24,987 nucleotides of DNA. Origin: a virus. Lineage: Duplodnaviria; Caudoviricetes. The DNA lies in IMG/VR virus record IMGVR_UViG_3300005512_000309, positions 1-24,987 of that record. One strand, 5' to 3'. Below are positions 14,734 to 24,001 of this stretch, piece by piece (positions within the stretch are counted from its first letter, which is position 1; each line of letters starts with the position of its first letter). The notes under the pieces were generated by a model. That model had not been told where the DNA came from and did no database searches. It worked only from the letters and a program-made list of their open reading frames with translations. Made by a program: the position numbers and the translations under genes.

Positions 14734-17117
14734 TGGCACTTCCTCCGCAGATGGTTGATATGGCGATGGGAGCCGGTGGTCCGGCGACCGAGATGCCAGA
14801 AGAGTTGATGGTCGAACTTCCCGAGGAGAACATGCTCCCCGAGGGCATTGAGCTTGCCGGCATGGAAGAGATGGTCGAGGTTCAGGCCGAGATGTACGAC
14901 CACAACGCAAACCTTGCGGAGATTCTTGACGACTCTGTTCTTGGTACGTTGTCTTCCGAGCTTCGTGACAAGGTTGACGACGACAAGGAGTCGCGAGAGG
15001 ATTGGGAAGAGGCGATTGCCAAGGGCTTGAAGCTGCTTGGTGTCAACTATGAAGAGCGCAACGAGCCGTTTCTTGGCGCGAGTGGTGTGCACCATCCGCT
15101 GCTGAGTGAGGCGGTAACGCAGTTCCAAGCACAGGCATACAAGGAAATGCTGCCTGCTGGCGGTCCTGTAAAGACGCAGGTTATTGGTGCGCCGACACAG
15201 GTCACTGAAGATCAGGCGCAGCGCGTCAAGGACTTCATGAACTACCAGATTACGGAGATTATGGAGGAGTATGACCCGGACACGGATCAGATGCTGTTCT
15301 ATCTGCCGCTGACGGGTTCCACATTCAAGAAGGTCTACTTCGACGCCGGCAAGCAGCGGGCTGTTTCGAAGTTTGTCCCGGCGGAGGATCTGATCGTTCC
15401 GTACTCGGCGAGTGATTTGAACACAGCCGAGCGTGTCACACATGTAGTTCGGATGACAGAAAACGAGCTTCGCAAGCTACAGGTCGCTGGCGTGTATCGG
15501 GACATTGAGCTTCAAGCAGGAGACGAGGACGATGAAAGCTCGATTAGACAAACTGGCAACGAGTTGCAGGGTGTCCGTCCATCATATGGCGACGATGCTC
15601 ACACACTACTTGAAATCCACACAGAGATCGATCTGGAGGGCTTCGAGGATGTTGGACCCGATGGTGAGCCTACGGGCGTTAAACTACCTTACATTGTCAC
15701 TGTGGATGAAGATTCAGGACAGGTTCTCTCGGTGGTTCGAAACTATCGACAGGCGGACCCACTTCGTAGAAAACGACAATACTTTACTCATTTTAAGTTT
15801 CTTCCTGGGTTTGGCTTTTATGGCTTTGGCCTGCTTCATACTATAGGTGGACTGTCTCGTGCAGCGACTTCTATCCTTCGTCAGCTTATCGATGCGGGCA
15901 CTCTTTCAAACCTGCCTGCTGGTTTCAAGGCTCGTGGTGTTCGTATTCGCAATGACGATGAGCCGCTTGCTCCTGGCGAGTTCCGTGATATTGATGCTCC
16001 CGGTGGTGACCTTCGGAATGCTCTTATGCCCCTTCCATACAAGGAACCTTCTGGGACACTTGCTCAACTACTGGGCGTTATCGTCGATTCAGGAAGACGA
16101 TTTGCCCAAGTCGCCGACGCAAAGATTGCGGACACTAACGCACAGGCACCCGTCGGAACCACAGTTGCACTAATCGAGCAGGGATCGAAGATCATCTCCT
16201 CGATCCACAAGCGTCTTCACTACGGGCAGAAGCAGGAGTTCCGGCTTCTCGCCGAAGTGTTTGCCGACAATCCGATGCCATATCCATACTTCGTCGGGCA
16301 GAACATCCCGCCGGAGATCATGCAGCAGGACTTCGATGGCCGCGTGGACATCCTGCCTGTGTCGGATCCGTCGATCTTCTCGATGTCACAGCGTCTGTCG
16401 CTGGCACAGACACAGATGCAACTGGCAGCGCAAGCTCCGCAGCTTCACAATCAGTACGAAGCCTACCGGCGCATGTACGACGCACTGGATGTGAAGAACA
16501 TCGACGCTATCTTGCCGCCTCCGCAACCGCCGCAGCCTATTGATCCGGCGACGGAGAACGCAAACGCTGTGAAGGGCATGCCGCTTCAGGCGTTCCCAGA
16601 TCAGGACCACGAAGCGCATATCATGACACATGCCATGTTCTTGTCTTCGCAGGTCGGCGCCGCCAACCCGCAGGCGTTCATGCTGCTGTTGTCACACGTT
16701 CAGGAGCACATTGGTATGCTGGCGCGGGATCAGGTCATGGCGTTCTTCCAAGAAGCTGCCAAGCAAGCCATGGCCGCAGGTGAAATGGTGCCGCAGATTG
16801 CACCTGACCTTATCGAGTCAACCGTGGCGCAGCAGACCAGTCAGATCATGCGAGAGATCATGCCGATCCTCCAGCCTGCACAGCAGCAGGATCCGCTGGT
16901 GGCTATCCGCCAACAAGAACTGGAAAACTCGCAGATGGAAGTTCAGCGCAAGATGATGAACGACCAAATGGACTTCCAGATCGATCAGGCCAAGTTGCAG
17001 CAGGCTTACGAACTGGCACAGCAGCGTCAGGCTCTACAGTCGGACATTGCTGAAGCACGGAACGATGTCAACGTATACCGCATCAACACACAAGCTGCAC
17101 TGTCGAGGAATAGATGA
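14733..17117 (+). CDS. Portal protein
   Basis: 794 aa downstream of terL; LPLTGSTFKKVYFD, GFYGFGL, LRQLIDAGTLSNLPAGFK; Q-rich C-terminal barrel region as in P22-like portals. Confidence 0.88.
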   Translation: MALPPQMVDMAMGAGGPATEMPEELMVELPEENMLPEGIELAGMEEMVEVQAEMYDHNANLAEILDDSVLGTLSSELRDKVDDDKESREDWEEAIAKGLKLLGVNYEERNEPFLGASGVHHPLLSEAVTQFQAQAYKEMLPAGGPVKTQVIGAPTQVTEDQAQRVKDFMNYQITEIMEEYDPDTDQMLFYLPLTGSTFKKVYFDAGKQRAVSKFVPAEDLIVPYSASDLNTAERVTHVVRMTENELRKLQVAGVYRDIELQAGDEDDESSIRQTGNELQGVRPSYGDDAHTLLEIHTEIDLEGFEDVGPDGEPTGVKLPYIVTVDEDSGQVLSVVRNYRQADPLRRKRQYFTHFKFLPGFGFYGFGLLHTIGGLSRAATSILRQLIDAGTLSNLPAGFKARGVRIRNDDEPLAPGEFRDIDAPGGDLRNALMPLPYKEPSGTLAQLLGVIVDSGRRFAQVADAKIADTNAQAPVGTTVALIEQGSKIISSIHKRLHYGQKQEFRLLAEVFADNPMPYPYFVGQNIPPEIMQQDFDGRVDILPVSDPSIFSMSQRLSLAQTQMQLAAQAPQLHNQYEAYRRMYDALDVKNIDAILPPPQPPQPIDPATENANAVKGMPLQAFPDQDHEAHIMTHAMFLSSQVGAANPQAFMLLLSHVQEHIGMLARDQVMAFFQEAAKQAMAAGEMVPQIAPDLIESTVAQQTSQIMREIMPILQPAQQQDPLVAIRQQELENSQMEVQRKMMNDQMDFQIDQAKLQQAYELAQQRQALQSDIAEARNDVNVYRINTQAALSRNR

Positions 17118-17497
17118 TTCAAGCACTGATTGGACCGATTGCATCTTTGGCCGGCACATGGCTCGAGGGCAAGGTTGAAAAGACCAAGGCTGAAACAGGA
17201 GCGAAAGTTGCCAAGGCTAAAGCTGAAGCTACGATTATGGAAAAAAAGGCTACGGGCGAGATTGATTGGGATCTGGAAATGGCTCGTGGCAGTCACTCGT
17301 CTTGGAAGGATGAGTGGCTTGTAATCCTGTTTTCGGTGCCGCTCGTGTTGAGTTTCATTCCGGGGATGGAGGGAGTTGTGGCGAGTGGCTTTGAGCAACT
17401 GGAAAAGATGCCGGATTGGTATCAGTATTCCCTTGGTGTTATTGTTGCTGCTTCTTTTGGCGTACGCGCTGCTACCAAATTTTTTGGTAAGAAGTGA
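17114..17497 (+). CDS. Holin-like protein (GTA 3TM holin-like)
   Basis: MIQALIGPIASL...SSWKDEW-TM...MPDWYQY-TM-ASFGVR with basic tail. Confidence 0.7.
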   Translation: MIQALIGPIASLAGTWLEGKVEKTKAETGAKVAKAKAEATIMEKKATGEIDWDLEMARGSHSSWKDEWLVILFSVPLVLSFIPGMEGVVASGFEQLEKMPDWYQYSLGVIVAASFGVRAATKFFGKK

Positions 17498-17557
17498 TGC
17501 CGGCACCAATGTGGGATATGCACGACAGGACTACCGAGGAACAAGCGAGGGCGAACC

Positions 17558-17767
17558 GTGGCCGAGTTGACGATGGAAAGATTTCTGCGGTGGAAGATAC
17601 TGCCGCGCCTGATGATGGTGATGATGTCAGTGTCCGCATGGCGGGTGGTGGAATGGTTCATGACCCTGCCGGATCCGACACCAGCGCAGGCGGGTCTGGT
17701 GAGTGTAGTCACGGGGGCCATGACCGGTGCGTTTGCGGTGTGGCTGGGCCACGAGAAGGATAAGTAG
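17558..17767 (+). CDS. Small two-TM membrane protein
   Basis: GTG start; two hydrophobic helices separated by PDPT; abuts the next ATG. Confidence 0.7.
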   Translation: MAELTMERFLRWKILPRLMMVMMSVSAWRVVEWFMTLPDPTPAQAGLVSVVTGAMTGAFAVWLGHEKDK

Positions 17768-18229
17768 ATGGCACGACCGCGTATCAGGCAGTTTGCTGAT
17801 GACATGGGAATAAGTTATGATGAGGCCAAGAACCTCATCGAAAAGGGCCGCCGTCGCAGAGACGGTGGCGCACAAGTATTGGAGAGACACATGCGTAAGT
17901 CACCGGCCAAGCCTAGTAGGAAAAAGAAGCGCAGCCCCGGCAAGGGTGTGACTGCTGGGCGCACTCCCGGAGGAAGTTTATATCAAATCCCCGGCACTCC
18001 ATACTATGCTGATGACGAGCAGATGGAGATTCTTCGCCGTCAGTCCCCAACCAAAAAAGCCAAGGGTGGTTCACAAGTTGGTGGTATGACGGTTGAGCAG
18101 GTGATGCAGACTATTGAAGATGATACCAAGCTCGGGACTAAAAAGTTTCCGTTGAACCGCGAGGAGCAGTCGCAGTCGCGTGGTGGTGGGAAAGCAATTC
18201 AAGGCACCAAGTTTACTGGGGTTAAGTAG
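17768..18229 (+). CDS. Basic hypothetical protein, 153 aa
   Basis: K/R-rich; KAKGG motif; ends GTKFTGVK. Confidence 0.75.
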   Translation: MARPRIRQFADDMGISYDEAKNLIEKGRRRRDGGAQVLERHMRKSPAKPSRKKKRSPGKGVTAGRTPGGSLYQIPGTPYYADDEQMEILRRQSPTKKAKGGSQVGGMTVEQVMQTIEDDTKLGTKKFPLNREEQSQSRGGGKAIQGTKFTGVK

Positions 18230-19480
18230 ATGGCGACGTTCCGCACGGATCCGGAAACAGGCAGGACTGTTATTAGCCAGGACAACATTGTGTCTAGTGG
18301 CAGCACTAACCCTGGTCGTCCAGGCGGAGAAAGTGGTGAGCGCGGAGATCCTATCCTTAGTCAGCAGGAGTTCATGAATGTCACAGGCCGCACGGCAACC
18401 AACCCGTACGGCAAGCAGGGCTTTTTCAGCCGCGTCTTTGGCATTGATCCCAGCAAGATTAGCTACAGTAATAACATCCCCGGCGGAAACCAGGGCATCG
18501 CCCAGTTAAACGCTCTGGCCTATGACCGGTACATGAACCCCGCTGCACGGGTTAATGTTTTCGGTGATGAGGTTGGCGGCGATCCCACCACAGGACAGCT
18601 TCGGTATGGGGTGCAGCCGGGTGACCTGACTCGCTTTGGCACCGCAGTTCCAGGGCGTCGTGAGGGGATTGCTGGCATTCTGGATAATCTGCCGTTTGGC
18701 ATTGGCATGGCATCGAGGATGTTTGGCTCGACACCCGCCCGAGTTCCGGGTTTCGATGTCCGAGAAGTTGTGCCTCGGCTTGGTCTTGGTGGTCCGCAGC
18801 CGGGTGAGGGAGTGGATCCGGCGCGGCTCGGAAATTCTCTTGCGGATGATGGGTTGGGTCTTGACGCTGTGGACTATGACACAATGGCGTATTACGATTC
18901 ATCGTATGGCGTAGATCGTCCTGTAGACAGATTTGTAGATCCGGATGCCGTGAACGCCAGAGCAGAACAAAACCGCGCTACAGAAGATCCTTACGCATTT
19001 GAGGACCGCAGGGCACAGCGGCAAGCAGCGGCGCGACCCGCCCAGACTGTTGCAGAAATTCTTATGGAAGAGCCTCCATATACCGGACCTTTCACTTCAC
19101 AGATTGCAGAAGACATTTTCATGTCTGGCGCAGACACACCCATAGGAAGTGCTCCGCAAGGAATAGGAACAGGAAGCACAGGGGGTGCGACTCTTCAACG
19201 AGATGCCGCGCCATTTGAAGAAAGCATGAGGGAGATTGAGCGAGGAGGCGCTCGTTCGGACTTGTTGATGGACATGATCGAGCAGCTAAGGCGTGATAAT
19301 CCGCTTACAGACGTAGCTCCTCCTGTGCCGCAGAGTGGGGGCCAGATAGATTTAGTTGGCATGCTCCCTCCGCGCCCGATGATGACTCCAACTCCAAGAC
19401 CATCACGTGGTATTGACCCAAGAGCGGCATCGTTGGCACTAGAACTAGAACGGCTTGCTCGAGAAAGGGCGATGCAATGA
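18230..19480 (+). CDS. Gly/Pro-rich probable internal virion protein
   Basis: 416-aa ORF abutting both neighbours; no catalytic motif recognised. Confidence 0.6.
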   Translation: MATFRTDPETGRTVISQDNIVSSGSTNPGRPGGESGERGDPILSQQEFMNVTGRTATNPYGKQGFFSRVFGIDPSKISYSNNIPGGNQGIAQLNALAYDRYMNPAARVNVFGDEVGGDPTTGQLRYGVQPGDLTRFGTAVPGRREGIAGILDNLPFGIGMASRMFGSTPARVPGFDVREVVPRLGLGGPQPGEGVDPARLGNSLADDGLGLDAVDYDTMAYYDSSYGVDRPVDRFVDPDAVNARAEQNRATEDPYAFEDRRAQRQAAARPAQTVAEILMEEPPYTGPFTSQIAEDIFMSGADTPIGSAPQGIGTGSTGGATLQRDAAPFEESMREIERGGARSDLLMDMIEQLRRDNPLTDVAPPVPQSGGQIDLVGMLPPRPMMTPTPRPSRGIDPRAASLALELERLARERAMQ

Positions 19481-19845
19481 AAATCGAAATCAAACTAATT
19501 CCAGACGGACTCGATCTGGCGAAAGAGATTCAAGACGGCATCCCCGTGGATCAAATGGTCAATGGTGGCGGCGACGATGGTTCGTGCCCTGTAGCTACAC
19601 AGGATGTAGAGACCAACGAAGAGAACAAACGCCTTGCTATCAAGGAGCATCAGTACGGTCCGGCCATCAACCCGGAGTCTTCGTGTGGTGTGTGTGCGTA
19701 CTACAACATTGCACCGCAGATGCAGTCTTGTATGAAAGATGACTCTGGCGACATAGGCTACTGTCAGCTTCTCAAGTTTATGTGCGGCGCCGAGAATTCG
19801 TGTGCGGCATTTGAAGAAGGCGGACCCATTACAGAGGTGATGTAA
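19477..19845 (+). CDS. Cys-rich protein with HiPIP-like Cys spacing
   Basis: CGVCAYY...GYCQLLKFMCGAENSCAAF. Confidence 0.6.
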   Translation: MKIEIKLIPDGLDLAKEIQDGIPVDQMVNGGGDDGSCPVATQDVETNEENKRLAIKEHQYGPAINPESSCGVCAYYNIAPQMQSCMKDDSGDIGYCQLLKFMCGAENSCAAFEEGGPITEVM

Positions 19846-20051
19846 TGGACGTTGTAGATTTTCTTACAAGGTATCAAAAAACCTTGCAAACTCGTGTTGA
19901 CGATATTAGCTTATCGGTAACAAGCGGTAGCGCATCAGATATGGAGCACTACCGCGCGATGATAGGTGAGATTCAGGGGATCACCTACGCGCTAGAAGAG
20001 CTACGCTCCCTGCTAAAAAAGGTAAACTATGACGACGCTTCTAGTTCCTGA
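19845..20051 (+). CDS. Small helical hypothetical protein
   Basis: GAGGTG RBS, TAATG coupling; DMEHYRAMIGEIQGI. Confidence 0.75.
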   Translation: MDVVDFLTRYQKTLQTRVDDISLSVTSGSASDMEHYRAMIGEIQGITYALEELRSLLKKVNYDDASSS

Positions 20052-20460
20052 CCACATTCTCCGGCAACAGCAAGCCAAGAAAAAAGCTGAAGAAGAAGCC
20101 TCAAAAAAACCCGCACTAGAAAGAATCCCGCAGCCCACCGGCTGGCGGATTCTTGTCATGCCGTATCAAGGCAGGGCTAAGACTGAGGGCGGGGTATACG
20201 TTCCCGATCAAGCAAAAGACCGTGAGGCCCGCGCCACCGTTGTGGCGTATGTCGTAAAGGTTGGCCCGCTTGCCTATCAGGATCCGGACAAGTTTGGCCC
20301 GGAATCAGCACCGTGGTGCAAAGAGGGCGACTGGGTTTGTATTGGTCGGTACGCCGGATCGCGTTTCCAAATTGAAGGTGGCGAGGTTCGCATCATCAAT
20401 GACGATGAAGTCATTGCAACCATCATCGACCCCGATGATATCAAGACATACGGAGCCTAG
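20029..20460 (+). CDS. groES: Co-chaperonin GroES-like protein
   Basis: PTGWRILV...KTEGGVYVP...VVKVGP...KEGDWV..GRYAGSRF...RIINDDEVIA. Confidence 0.9.
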   Translation: MTTLLVPDHILRQQQAKKKAEEEASKKPALERIPQPTGWRILVMPYQGRAKTEGGVYVPDQAKDREARATVVAYVVKVGPLAYQDPDKFGPESAPWCKEGDWVCIGRYAGSRFQIEGGEVRIINDDEVIATIIDPDDIKTYGA

Positions 20461-20461
20461 T

Positions 20462-21355
20462 ATGCAAAACAATCTTGCTGAGAAGGAAGAAGAAGGCGTA
20501 GAGGTCGTCACGGCTGACGAAGAAGAGCAGCAGCTAGAAGATGTTTCACGTGAAACATCTGAAGACGCCCCGGCGGAGCAGGAAGCGAAACCGGATGAAT
20601 TAGAGCAATATTCGGAATCTGTTCAGCGACGTATTTCGAAGCTGACGAACAGGTTTCGTGAAGAAGAACGCCAGCGTCAGGCGGCTATCGAGTACGCCGA
20701 GGCGGTCAAGAAGCAGAATGATGAGCTTCGTGCCCGCATTGACAAACTCGATCAGTCCTATGTTGGCGAGTTCGGCAATCGCGTAGAGGCAGATGCTGCC
20801 GCTGCCAAGGAAGCATACAAAAAAGCGTACGACGAGGGTGACGCTGACGGTATGTTCGAGGCGCAGCAGCGGATTAGCCGCATCGCTCTGGAGCAGGCTC
20901 GGTATGAAGAAGCCAAGCGCCGGAACGAGCAGCGTCAGGAACAGCCCGTGGCTGATTCAGCGCCGCAGCAGCCGCAACCGCAACAAGAGCAGGTTCCGCA
21001 GCCCGATCCAAAGGCTGAAGCATGGGCGTCAAAGAATGAATGGTTTGGCAACGACCAGACCATGACATATGCCGCTTTCGGTATTCATCGACAACTTATT
21101 GAAGACGAGGGGTTTGACCCATCGTCCGATGAGTATTATAGTGAGCTTGACAAACGTGTTCGCACAGAGTTCCCGCATAAGTTTGCGGAAACGAAACGCG
21201 ACACTGGACCTAGAGTCGCTTCTGCTGGGTCCACGGCGTCAAAGTCGTCGTCACCAAAGGGGCGCAGAACAGTCAAACTGACTCCATCGCAGATTGCGAT
21301 TGCGAAGCGATTGAATGTTCCGCTCGAGGAATATGCCAAGTACGTGAAGGAGTAA
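20462..21355 (+). CDS. Probable capsid scaffolding protein
   Basis: GGAG RBS before MQNN; acidic coiled coil; C-terminal VKLTPSQIAIAKRLNVPLEEYAKY; upstream of the capsid gene. Confidence 0.7.
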   Translation: MQNNLAEKEEEGVEVVTADEEEQQLEDVSRETSEDAPAEQEAKPDELEQYSESVQRRISKLTNRFREEERQRQAAIEYAEAVKKQNDELRARIDKLDQSYVGEFGNRVEADAAAAKEAYKKAYDEGDADGMFEAQQRISRIALEQARYEEAKRRNEQRQEQPVADSAPQQPQPQQEQVPQPDPKAEAWASKNEWFGNDQTMTYAAFGIHRQLIEDEGFDPSSDEYYSELDKRVRTEFPHKFAETKRDTGPRVASAGSTASKSSSPKGRRTVKLTPSQIAIAKRLNVPLEEYAKYVKE

Positions 21356-21359
21356 AGTT

Positions 21360-21818
21360 ATGGCTGATAGAAAACCACGCGAAGCAACAACTCGCGCAAA
21401 CACCCAGCGGCGCAAGCCCTGGACCCCGCCTTCCAAGCTAGAGGCGCCCGAAGCACCCGCTGGTTACCAGCATCGTTGGGTCAGAACTCACCTCCGTGGT
21501 GACGACGACAAAACCAACGTACACGCGAAGCTCCGTGAGGGGTGGGAACCAGTACGTGCAGACGAGTACCCCGAGATGGGAGATCGCTATCCAGTGATCG
21601 AGGAAGGCAAGAATGCTGGGATTATTGGCGTAGGCGGCTTGATGCTGTGTCGAATTCCAGAGGAAACGGTCGAAGAGAGAACTGAATACTATCGGGAACA
21701 GACCCGCAATCAGATGCGTTCCGTTGACGAAAACCTTATGAGGGAACAACATCCCTCAATGCCTATTCACAACGATAGGCAGAGTCGTGTAACCTTCGGG
21801 GGAAAAGATTCCTCCTAA
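21360..21818 (+). CDS. Head-region hypothetical protein
   Basis: AAGGAG RBS; GYQHRWVR...REGWEPV...GGLMLCRIP. Confidence 0.8.
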   Translation: MADRKPREATTRANTQRRKPWTPPSKLEAPEAPAGYQHRWVRTHLRGDDDKTNVHAKLREGWEPVRADEYPEMGDRYPVIEEGKNAGIIGVGGLMLCRIPEETVEERTEYYREQTRNQMRSVDENLMREQHPSMPIHNDRQSRVTFGGKDSS

Positions 21819-21834
21819 CCTGTGAGGTAGAGCA

Positions 21835-22467
21835 ATGGCAAATGCCAATGTTGGCTTCGGTTTGAAGCCCATCAATACCGCTGGTAGCACTCCTGCTACT
21901 TCCGGTACTAATGCATACTTCATTGACAGTGCTGCAAGCGCGATCTTTCAAGGTTCTCCGGTCATCGCAACTGACGGCGGCGAAATCGCCGTCTCTAGTT
22001 CTGCTTCCGGTGACACTCTGAAGTTCGTGGGCGTATTCGCTGGCTGTGAGTATGTTTCTTCATCGACCGGTAAAAAGGTCTTCTCTAACTACTGGCCTGG
22101 TTCGGGCGCGGACACTAACTTCGATATCATCGGACATGTGTACGACAACCCGATGCAGCGTTTCGTCGTTTGTTCTGACGCATCGCTGACCAACAAGGCT
22201 GGCGCAATCGCAACCATTTTTGAACTCGCTGAGTTCTCCGCTGAGTCCGGCAAGGGCGCAGCAAATGGTAGCACGACCACTGGTATTTCGGCTGCACAGC
22301 TTGACGTATCGACCGTGGACGCTGCTGATCTTTCGCATCCGCTGAAGATCGTTGGTGTTCTGGACGATCCGGAGAACGCTGACTTCACTGCCGCCGGCAT
22401 TCCTCTGATCGTGATGATCAACAACCACGCGCTTCTGGCCGGTTCGGCTGAAGCGACCGTAGCATAA
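21835..22467 (+). CDS. Probable capsid decoration/minor capsid protein
   Basis: GAGG RBS; MANANVGFGLKP; Ala/Gly/Ser-rich; immediately upstream of the major capsid gene. Confidence 0.7.
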   Translation: MANANVGFGLKPINTAGSTPATSGTNAYFIDSAASAIFQGSPVIATDGGEIAVSSSASGDTLKFVGVFAGCEYVSSSTGKKVFSNYWPGSGADTNFDIIGHVYDNPMQRFVVCSDASLTNKAGAIATIFELAEFSAESGKGAANGSTTTGISAAQLDVSTVDAADLSHPLKIVGVLDDPENADFTAAGIPLIVMINNHALLAGSAEATVA

Positions 22468-22481
22468 GGGGGTAGTGAGTT

Positions 22482-23396
22482 ATGGCTATTTCTCGCGCAC
22501 AACTCGCCAAAGAGCTTGAGCCTGGCCTCAACGCCCTCTTTGGTATGGAATACAACCGCTACGAGGGTCAGCATGCTGAAATCTTCGACACCGAAGGCTC
22601 AGATCGAGCATTCGAGGAAGAGGTCATGCTGTCGGGTTTCGGTGCCGCACCGGTTAAAAACGAAGGCGCTGGAATCTCGTTCGACGACGCAAACGAGGCG
22701 TATACTGCACGGTATACCCACGAGACCGTCGCAATGGGTTTCTCGATCACCGAGGAAGCTGTTGAGGACAACCTCTACGACCGTCTAGCATCTCGCTACA
22801 CTCGTGCCCTCGCCCGTTCGATGGCACACACCAAGCAAGTTAAGGCCGCTTCCGTTCTTAACAACGCTTTCACCGCAGGCGCAACTGCCGGCGGCGACGG
22901 TGTAGCACTCTGTGATGCTTCGCACCCGCTTACCAGCGGTGGCACTTTTGCCAACGAGCCGTCCACTGCGGCAGACCTGAACGAAACTTCGCTCGAAGAT
23001 GCGCTGATTAACATCGCAGGCTTCGTCGATGAGCGTGGTCTGGTCATCGCACTGCGTGGCATGAAACTGATCATTCCGCGTCAGCTTCAGTTCGTTGCAG
23101 AGCGTCTGCTGGTATCGAACCTTCGTGTCGGCACTGCCGATAACGATGTTAACGCCCTGAAGTCGATGGGTATGCTTCCGGAAGGTTACGTAGTCAACGA
23201 CTACCTGACCGACACCGATGCGTTCTTCATCAAGACTGACGCTCCGAATGGCCTCAAGCACTTCGAGCGTATGCCTTTGGCGACCAACATGGACCCGGAT
23301 TTCGACACCGGCAACATGCGCTTCAAGGCACGTGAGCGTTACAGCTTCGGATTCTCGGATCCTCGCTGCGTATTCGGTTCGCCGGGCGCAGCCTAA
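22482..23396 (+). CDS. Major capsid protein
   Basis: MAISRAQLAKELEPGLNALFG...RERYSFGFSDPRCVFGSPGA; strongly biased codons; followed by a terminator. Confidence 0.9.
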   Translation: MAISRAQLAKELEPGLNALFGMEYNRYEGQHAEIFDTEGSDRAFEEEVMLSGFGAAPVKNEGAGISFDDANEAYTARYTHETVAMGFSITEEAVEDNLYDRLASRYTRALARSMAHTKQVKAASVLNNAFTAGATAGGDGVALCDASHPLTSGGTFANEPSTAADLNETSLEDALINIAGFVDERGLVIALRGMKLIIPRQLQFVAERLLVSNLRVGTADNDVNALKSMGMLPEGYVVNDYLTDTDAFFIKTDAPNGLKHFERMPLATNMDPDFDTGNMRFKARERYSFGFSDPRCVFGSPGAA

Positions 23397-23420
23397 ACGA
23401 GGAAACATTTCCTCCCCACT

Positions 23421-23450
23421 GGGGGCCGCGATTGCGGCCCCCTTTTTTTT
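23421..23450 (+). terminator. Intrinsic terminator after the major capsid gene
   Basis: gggggccgc-gatt-gcggccccc followed by T8. Confidence 0.92.
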
Positions 23451-23459
23451 CGGGTATTA

Positions 23460-23514
23460 TGCTCTTGTCCCTGACAGACCTATGGGAGGTCTGACACTAG
23501 CCAAGACAGGAGTA
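23460..23514 (+). promoter_or_regulatory. Structured leader that can sequester the SD
   Basis: tgctcttgtc (23460-23469) pairs with gacaggagta (23505-23514); inner stem cagacct/aggtctg. Confidence 0.5.
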
Positions 23515-23518
23515 CCTT

Positions 23519-23989
23519 ATGGCTAAAACAACCTTTTCGGGTCCGGTGCGGTCGAACCGTGGTTTCACCGCTGCTGGTTCCACTGCAATGGTGAACATCA
23601 CCGCGGAAACCACCCTCACCTATGACGATCACGTTGGCCGCATCATCAAAGTGAATGACGCAGACGGCGCGATCACTCTTCCGACTATTACGACCGACAC
23701 TCTCGGCGCTCGTTACACCTTTTATGTTGGCACTGACTGTACTGACTGTGACATCAAGACCGATGGCACAGACAAGTTTGTTGGTTCGCTTTCTGTTATG
23801 GAAGACGCTGGTCTGACTGAGACCTACGCTCCGGCAGCATCCAACGATGTCATCTCGATGAACGGCACCACCACTGGTGGCGACAAGGGATCTTACGTTG
23901 AGATCACCGCTATCGAAGACAACGTGTACCTCGTACAGGGTGTTCTCCTCGGCTCCGGTGAGGCCGCAACACCGTTCGCCGATAGCTAA
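23519..23989 (+). CDS. Virion structural protein (head fibre/decoration-like)
   Basis: AGGAG RBS; MAKTTFSGPVRS; Thr/Gly-rich beta composition. Confidence 0.75.
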   Translation: MAKTTFSGPVRSNRGFTAAGSTAMVNITAETTLTYDDHVGRIIKVNDADGAITLPTITTDTLGARYTFYVGTDCTDCDIKTDGTDKFVGSLSVMEDAGLTETYAPAASNDVISMNGTTTGGDKGSYVEITAIEDNVYLVQGVLLGSGEAATPFADS

Positions 23990-24001
23990 TAGGAGGCCGT
24001 G

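Noticed and set aside
20261-20461. TTG-start extension of the scaffold gene overlapping groES
   Set aside because: GGAG SD precedes ATG 20462; the extension has no supporting signal
23370-23420. Programmed frameshift or readthrough extending the major capsid protein
   Set aside because: No slippery heptamer at the 3' end; TAA stop is followed closely by a terminator
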